64,000 nucleotides of DNA from Chlorokybus atmophyticus (lineage: Eukaryota > Plantae > Mesostigma and Chlorokybus algae). The translations under genes and the position numbers were made by a program. The stretch covers positions 873,585 to 937,584 of the forward strand of contig RHPI01002503.1 in NCBI GenBank assembly GCA_009103225.1, written 5' to 3'. The notes under the pieces are model-generated. The model saw only the letters and a program-made list of their open reading frames with translations. It searched no databases and was not told the DNA's origin. Positions 55,417-64,000 of this stretch are shown piece by piece; position 1 is the stretch's first letter, and each line of letters opens with the position of its first letter.

Positions 55417-56793
55417 ATTTGTTATGGACGATCATATTCTGTGAAATGCAATGTGCTCATCTGGTCCGATACCTGCTTTGAGAGCTTATGTTTGCAAGTA
55501 CGTGCAATGGCATTGATAGCTTCTTGGATGGTGGTTGTAGCTTGGCCCATTGCACCTCCCTCATTCCCCATGCAGATTGACGTAGCGTGCGTTATGGTAG
55601 TTGGGTCATGTGCAGTGTTCAGCTTACATGTTGATATGCAGCACTTGTAGGTGGGAGTAGGGCTACGAAGTTAGCACAAGCGCAAGCACATACAATGCGA
55701 TGTGCAACTCCGCATGCATAGGACGTGCAACCATCAAGCATGCTGAACGGAGTAGAAACGTTTGACACTGGCAGACCTTGCAACGTGCTGATAATTGTAG
55801 CACCTGTGACGCCAAACATCGCTTGATGTCATGAAGTCCGCTCGTGAGCACAAGCAATGATAAGGAAGTGTCATCATACCATGTTTACGTCAGTCTCTGC
55901 GGAGCTATTGATACCACTTGCATCAACATATATGAAACTAGTATGCACGGAAGTAAGCCCATGGCAGCAACACCTATCAGTGCAGTTGCATTACAAACAA
56001 GACACTCTGCAGGTGACGCCGGTTGATCCTCTCTGGCTGCCCGCGCAACTGCTGGTGTAGAGTGTAAACATGGTATGTGCCCATTCCTGCATACTGTGTT
56101 GATGTGCTGTTGCTTTTTTACACTTTGCTTGTGACTAATTCAGCATACGATCTTTTGTGCACTTGCACTTGCATTCACGTAGAGTAGAGTAGAGTAGCGC
56201 CCCTGTAGGCTGGAGGTGATGTTGTGTACAAAAGATGAAGTGCTGATAAAGTGTAAAGTGGAGATCTGTGGGTGTTTTGTTTGTGCGCTTGGAAGAGTGT
56301 GTCATCATAAATCTACACCCTTCACACCTGCTGCTGCGGTAACTGTACAATGTGGCACAGTGCTAGCCCCCACAGTGCATTGCTTGGCAGCATAGGCTTT
56401 GACAGCAATGCTTTCCTCAGTTGTTGGTTGACGCAGCCAGTCGCGTAGGAGGCCTCAGTGAGGACATACTTTTACCAGAATAGCATAAACCTACCTCGAG
56501 AGAGTACCAGCAAGGGAACTAGGCGCATGCAAAAACACAAATATTACATTTGCAAACCAGGGATTTTCGTTTTGGGATTCGACTGCGAGGGTCAACATGC
56601 CTACGGTACAGTGCAAAATCAATGCCAATGCTCTACTTACAATGCTATTAACAAAAGCAAACAACATTGCAACCCGCTAACGGTGCAGCCACGAGGCAAA
56701 CTGGACAGTATATACAGACTCGATACGCATGCAGGGCCAACACTACGGAGGTAGTACACCACTCCCTTGTTGCGGTGTGCGCCTGACCAGCCC

Positions 56794-59526
56794 TCACGCG
56801 TTTGAGTAAGCTGAAGCGTAGGATGCAGATCCGGAACGAGGGTTGATGGCAAGCCAACCGTCATCTGCAGCCGTAAGAGAGGTATCCTCGTCACTACTTG
56901 CGCCACTGTAGCCATCATCACGCATGGCAGGCGGGAAGGCGTGATGTGGGGCTCTAGTTGAAGACTCGGGGTTGCTCCGAAGCGAAAATGTGTAAGCTGG
57001 AGGGGCAATGTGTGCTGTTGATGCAGGCGAGCTGGGTGGTGACGGTGTGCGCGAGGTCTGACTGGCAACTGGTGTTACAGGTGCGCCTGTTGTCACTTGA
57101 AGGGCAGGCGAAGGTGTACGCGGCTGCATTACCGCCGGGACCAGCACAGCGTCCAAGGCTGCTTCAATCGAGCTGGCGGGCAGAGCTGTTTGTGAGGCGC
57201 TTAAAGGTTGCACCAGCTCTGATGTCTGTATCCAATCCGAGCGGGATAAGTTGGCCAGTGACTGCGACATGGAGCTTCGTGCCAGTGGCTCAGGCGACTC
57301 AACTTGTTCTTTCAGAAGAAGAACGTCCTCCTCCAACACAGCAATCTCACCCCTGCAAGGCCGACAAGTTGAGCAAGGCAGGGCGCAGACGGACCCCAGC
57401 TTACAAGCACCAAGTCGTAATAAAACCCCAGCTCACCATATGGCATCTAGCGCACAAGCACGGTCCACCAAAGCCTCGCGGAGCTGTCTCGCAAGTTGTC
57501 ATATCAGCGCAAGCACAACAGATGCAGGCACAGAGCCCTCCAGCAAGGTTGCAGCAAAAACAATCGACTAAGCCTGTTGTACTTATAAGTACCTCGGAGC
57601 AACGAGAAGACTCTGCCGACAGGCGTGAGCCGACCTGCTGGGCTTCCTCAATAGATGCTTTGGCCTGCTGAATCATGGCTTCATTTGCAGCTTCAGTGGC
57701 CACACGGGCCGCCACTGCTGCATCACGGGTAGTCACAGCAGCCTGCAAGCGCTTTTCCAAGGCACCGCGCAACTGCAGGTGCACAGTGAGTTGGATGTTG
57801 GTTTGCATAATTCAACCACAGAGAATGCGTCTGCAATACCAGTTTGTTGCCAGATGAGCCGGTTTGTGCTGACTATGTACAGCAGTATTACACGCACCTC
57901 AGCAAGAGACTTCTCCGCAGCATCACGTCGAGCTTTGGCCTGTTTGTGGCGTGCAGAAAGCTCCTTCGCTTCCGCAGAGAGCACTGCATGCTCAGCCCGC
58001 AGCTCAGCCGACAGCTGCATAAACCAAGGGTTTACTGCTGACAACCAATGCCAAGCTAGAACAGCACGTGCTCGCATGCGCATAGGCAGCAGAGAGGTGC
58101 AGCATGTGCTAGTGACTGCGCACGTGTAAACCATACCTGCTCATTGGCCTCGCTAAGCTCAGCTGCCATGCGGTTCAGCTGCGAGAGCTCAGGCTGTCGT
58201 GCAACCTCAGCAGCGTTTGCAGCTGCCATAGCAGCACCAGCCTCCTCCTCGGCATTTGCCACCTCATTGCGCTTGCTGTGACACTCATGGGTCTCCCGCC
58301 GCAAGGCTTCCTGATATGGGATACTGCACTCAGCACTACAAGTGCGCAACCACCAGGACAGTTAGAGATCTAGTCCAAACTCTACCTTTTGCGCAGCTGC
58401 TTCATTCATCATTGTGTCAATGGTGTCGAGAGACAGCTGCTGTAGCACTTGGCTGGCACTGAAGGATGCGCTTTGATCCGTCTCAGAATATGCTTGCTTG
58501 GTAGCCTTTCCCTCCATTGAGGCATCTGTGCAGCACGCACATTTTAGCTACCAAACAAGAGACACGCGCAACCCAACCGCACGCATTAACAAAATTTCAC
58601 AGTGCGGTGCCATTAACAGATCAGAAAATCTCGCCTGAGAAAAGCATACCCATGTGCGTGTGGAAGGCGTTCATGTCCGACACGAAGGAAGCAGACTGAC
58701 TGGAAGCGGATGACATTGACTGTACAGGCGTTGACACGTAGGGAGGAAGCGACGTTGTTGAGCTTGCGGGCAGTGAACTTCCAGCATACTGATAGCCATA
58801 CTGTGTTGAAGGCGCGTACTGAGATGTTGTCGCATGCTGGTATGCAGAGCTTTGACCCTGTGTTTGCCACTGAGGCAGCTCTGCAGGCTCGGGCATAACA
58901 GACTCAACACCCAACTGCAGCAGATCATAACTGGAGCCCGTGCCAGGCCGATCAGAGTAAGCAGCCTGCTGGTCGTAGTGCTCTACAGGAGTTCCAAAGT
59001 GGTTGAACTGCTGTTGCTGTTGCTGATAGTGTTGGGCGGTGTCTTCTGCTGGCTCTAACACCACATTTGACAGCGTCTGCTGCGGTGGTGGGGATGCCGG
59101 AATCAGGTGAGTTGCAATGTAGTCCGCTGCACGCTGCACGTCCATGGAATGGTATTCCAAGACTCCAGCTAGCACACGCTCATTGACCTGTCAGTAGGCA
59201 GGTTCAAGGCCAGTCGTGACTAGCTGCAGTAAGGCTTGACAACAAAAGCACTGCTGCGTGCCAATATCCTCTCGTAGTAAAGCGACAAACGATTACCCAA
59301 ACAAGCTGGGCCATGTAAGGCAAGGTCACATCATGCACATCACGCCGACGAAGTGGCATGCAACACGGACAGAATTGTACTGTTAAGCACGGCATCAAAG
59401 GTGCACACGCAACTTCTCAAGCTCAGCGTATAAGTCAACAGCGGAAGTCTCGTGGCTGAATGAGCCTAAGCGCACCTGCGGGAAGATGGCACGCAGATGG
59501 TCGAATGACTCCTTGGCGCTCAGCAT
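56794..59526 (-). CDS. N-terminal CUE-like domain plus long coiled-coil protein (plant family often annotated ELKS/Rab6-interacting-like)
   Basis: MLSAKESFDHLRAIFPQ/VNERVLAGVLEYHSMDVQRAADYIATHLIP (CUE-like FP...), coiled-coil exons, then GEIAVLEEDVLLLKEQVE. One internal junction near 58.4-58.65 kb is not fully resolved. Confidence 0.75.
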
Positions 59527-59992
59527 TGTAACTCTTCTGTAGCGTGCCCTGTCGGACAAGCTGGCAGCAGCAGACAGCACCGCAACAGAAGCAACCGCCC
59601 CAACACCCACCACTCCTTTGAGCACAAGGAAGGGCAACATCAATCAAAAGCAGCTTGGGCCATAGGCAAAACCGGGCTTCCTCCAACAAAGGAGCCTTCA
59701 ACAAAGTGAAACCAGCTGAACCACACGGCGCTTCTCAGCCGAAGGCCTCACCGTCGCTCCGAACAACGCCGCTAAAGACGACAACACGCAGGGTGACAAG
59801 CGAACTGCAGGTAAGCAGAGGCTGCCTTTTGGCAATTGCTGTGTGGCAGTAAGCACAAGCCTGCACGCTGTGCCGCCGGGGCACAAGTCGCGGCAGGGCA
59901 TCTGAGCTTAGTTGGCACGTTTTTCGCATTCACTCGTCGATATAGGCGATAGGAGAGTGTGATATAGCGCAGCAGCCGGATATCGACGACAG

Positions 59993-60001
59993 TTAGGGTT
60001 T
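59993..60001 (-). promoter_or_regulatory. Telo-box in the CUE-gene/MYST divergent promoter
   Basis: Exact TTAGGGTTT. Confidence 0.7.
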
Positions 60002-60168
60002 GGACTCGCTGCAGCGGCGGCAGCGGCGGTGGCAGCGGTGGTGGACGGGGACAGGCCAGCGGACGGGAAGGAGCAGGGAGGCCAGGGCAGAAGAGAATTC
60101 TGTGTGTTCTTCCTGCTTGCACTTGGTTGAGGGCTTTCTAGTGGGTTGCAGCCTTGGGGGCAGCCAGG

Positions 60169-62146
<1,978 letters not shown>

Positions 62147-62923
62147 ATGCTGTTGCTCTCTCAATGTATAACCTCGTGCATCTGTAACTATATTGTAATA
62201 TACAAACCCCCATCATAACTGATATTACTACGTGTTTGCATCTGCTTGGTGCTTGGTCCCTGCTGTTTCACAGCATTAGTCCATGTTAGCGTGTGCTGGT
62301 ACTCACACATGTGCTGCACTTATATGACATAAGTATTGATGTTACGTATTCAACGTGGCACTATTTGCGTTAGTCGTTAGCCAGTGGTGAACATAGACGG
62401 CACTACATATTTCTGGTTTGTACAGTTATGTTTGCTGGGATGCGCTGTGCTTAATCTGCGAGATAATCTGTGACCTTGTCTATTGCATGGGGCTGTAAAC
62501 TCTAGCCTGGTGAGATACATTTCCTATCTTCACCCAACTTGTCAACCCGGGCCTAACAAATACACAACCAGGAGGGCAGTACTTCATGTACATCAGTGTT
62601 TAGAGTTTATAAAAATTCATTAGTACCTTGCATTTAACTTTGCAAAGCACATGCCATTGGTGGAACAGCTGTGTCATGCAACACTTCTCGCCGCACAGGA
62701 TGCCCAACTCATTGTGCCCATCAACTGCAAGTGTCAACACCCTTTACGCAGACAACCTGCACAGCACTCTCGCCTTTGTGCCAGCACTTCAGCGCAAAAG
62801 TTATACACAGCTTATATAACATGTTTTACCTACTCAACCCGCTTCACCACCATGTCATATATACACCAATTACAACAACCCAACATTACCCCCCTCACCC
62901 GCATACTACACACAAGTACACGC

Positions 62924-64000
62924 TTAGTCGGGGTGGATCTCAGACAACAGGACGGGGCGTGCAGGGTCCCGTGACCCGAGGCGTTCAGCAACAAGCTCGA
63001 GGGCGCGGCGTTCGCGCGCGTCGAGGGCGAAACGGCGCGCCCCGTCCAGGCGGTAACGCCAGTGCTCCCCGCCGTTGACACCCCACCCGTTCCAGATACC
63101 CGGCTCGTGGTGCTGCAGACCAGCTGGCGAGGGGGATATGAACAGCGGCGCCGACAGCCTGCTCGACTGACCTGAAGGACATATCAGAGCATTGGTCAGT
63201 ACAGAGGGATGTCTCCAACACAACTCTATTGATGTGCGTTCGTGCATGCGTGTGCACACATGTCATGCGTACGTGTTTGCGTACCATCTGTAAGCAGCCT
63301 GATGCTCCAAGGCAGAGGCTCCCCGTTAGCGCCTTTGATAGCCTTCAGCTGCACTTCTAGCCACGGGCTTCCCTCCTCATCACAGAACTGTGCAGCATGG
63401 CCAACATGATCAGAATCACCCCAACAACACTTCTTTCAATCAACCATACCAACTTCTGCCCCCCACTCACCTTGTTTTCGATCTCGTGCACGACTTTGGG
63501 GTTCTCATTGAATTCGGCAAGAAAGCCCAGCAGGCTGGCAAAGCCAGGGAAGTGGCAGAGCGCAAGCTGGCGCGCCTCGGGGATCAGCAGACCGTACGAG
63601 CATGAAGCCGTGGTGGTCTCAGACCCAAAGTAGCACGACTTCAGCATACCTGAGGTTCAACACACATACTGTCAGCTTCGCATCAACCAACAAGTATACA
63701 ATCTCTCATGGAAGAGTGACAGCAAACACTTGCCTATGCGCCAGGTTGTGGCGGAGTCGTCGCAGTTGGTGGCAAGACGGCGCTTGGCTTCGGCCACCGC
63801 CTCGACCACATCGGGCGTGGGCACGATAGATGTGAGGTCACGGACGGACACTGTGGTTTGAGCCTGCGCACGGTCTACACACATGCAAACAAGTTAATAT
63901 ATGAGTGAATGCATGCACGTGTGCGTGTGTTGATGTGTGGAGCACACCAATACAATTCGTATGTAAGTACACATACCTATGGGGCCGAGACGGCGTGACT
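62924..64000 (-). CDS. 3' part of an unidentified multi-exon gene running off the window
   Basis: Exons 63863-63734, 63649-63469, about 63386-63287 and about 63174-62924 join in frame: ...DLTSIVPTPDVVEAVAEAKRRL...GMLKSCYFGSE...FCDEEGSPWLEVQLK...HHEPGIWNGWG...LLSEIHPD*. Confidence 0.65.

Overview
Eukaryotic, intron-rich nuclear DNA from a green-lineage organism. Several proteins (MYST/HAM1, SGR2-like lipase, EBS/SHL BAH-PHD, SRP9, RH35/DDX41) recall Arabidopsis sequences from memory, and IFT140 implies a flagellated stage. An early-diverging streptophyte alga, or another flagellate green alga, is the best inference and is not proven. I rebuilt about 20 multi-exon genes by hand using the standard genetic code: HEL2/ZNF598, SGR2/DDHD, VPS25, TIM22, a TLC-domain protein, ARL2, DDX41, a conserved plastid-type unknown, UBC7, SRP9, an alpha-arrestin, an orphan 6-exon model, EBS/SHL, RPS29, IFT140, RPS13, a CUE+coiled-coil protein, MYST, and a partial orphan at the right edge. 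Most genes form head-to-head pairs with short shared promoters, several marked by telo-boxes (AAACCCTAA). There are three N gaps, each next to a G or C homopolymer. The 29.5-31.7 kb and 33.2-37.3 kb intervals lack recognisable genes and hold tandem duplications, two adjacent long hairpins and degenerate exon-like pieces. Best leads: a PPxY-bearing alpha-arrestin, a HEL2 with a C-terminal ubiquitin-binding-type NZF finger, a possible hairpin-RNA locus, an orphan gene, and a small dispersed repeat family. I see no prokaryotic-type system (CRISPR, operon, intact transposase). No database searches were run; all family assignments come from motif recognition and memory.
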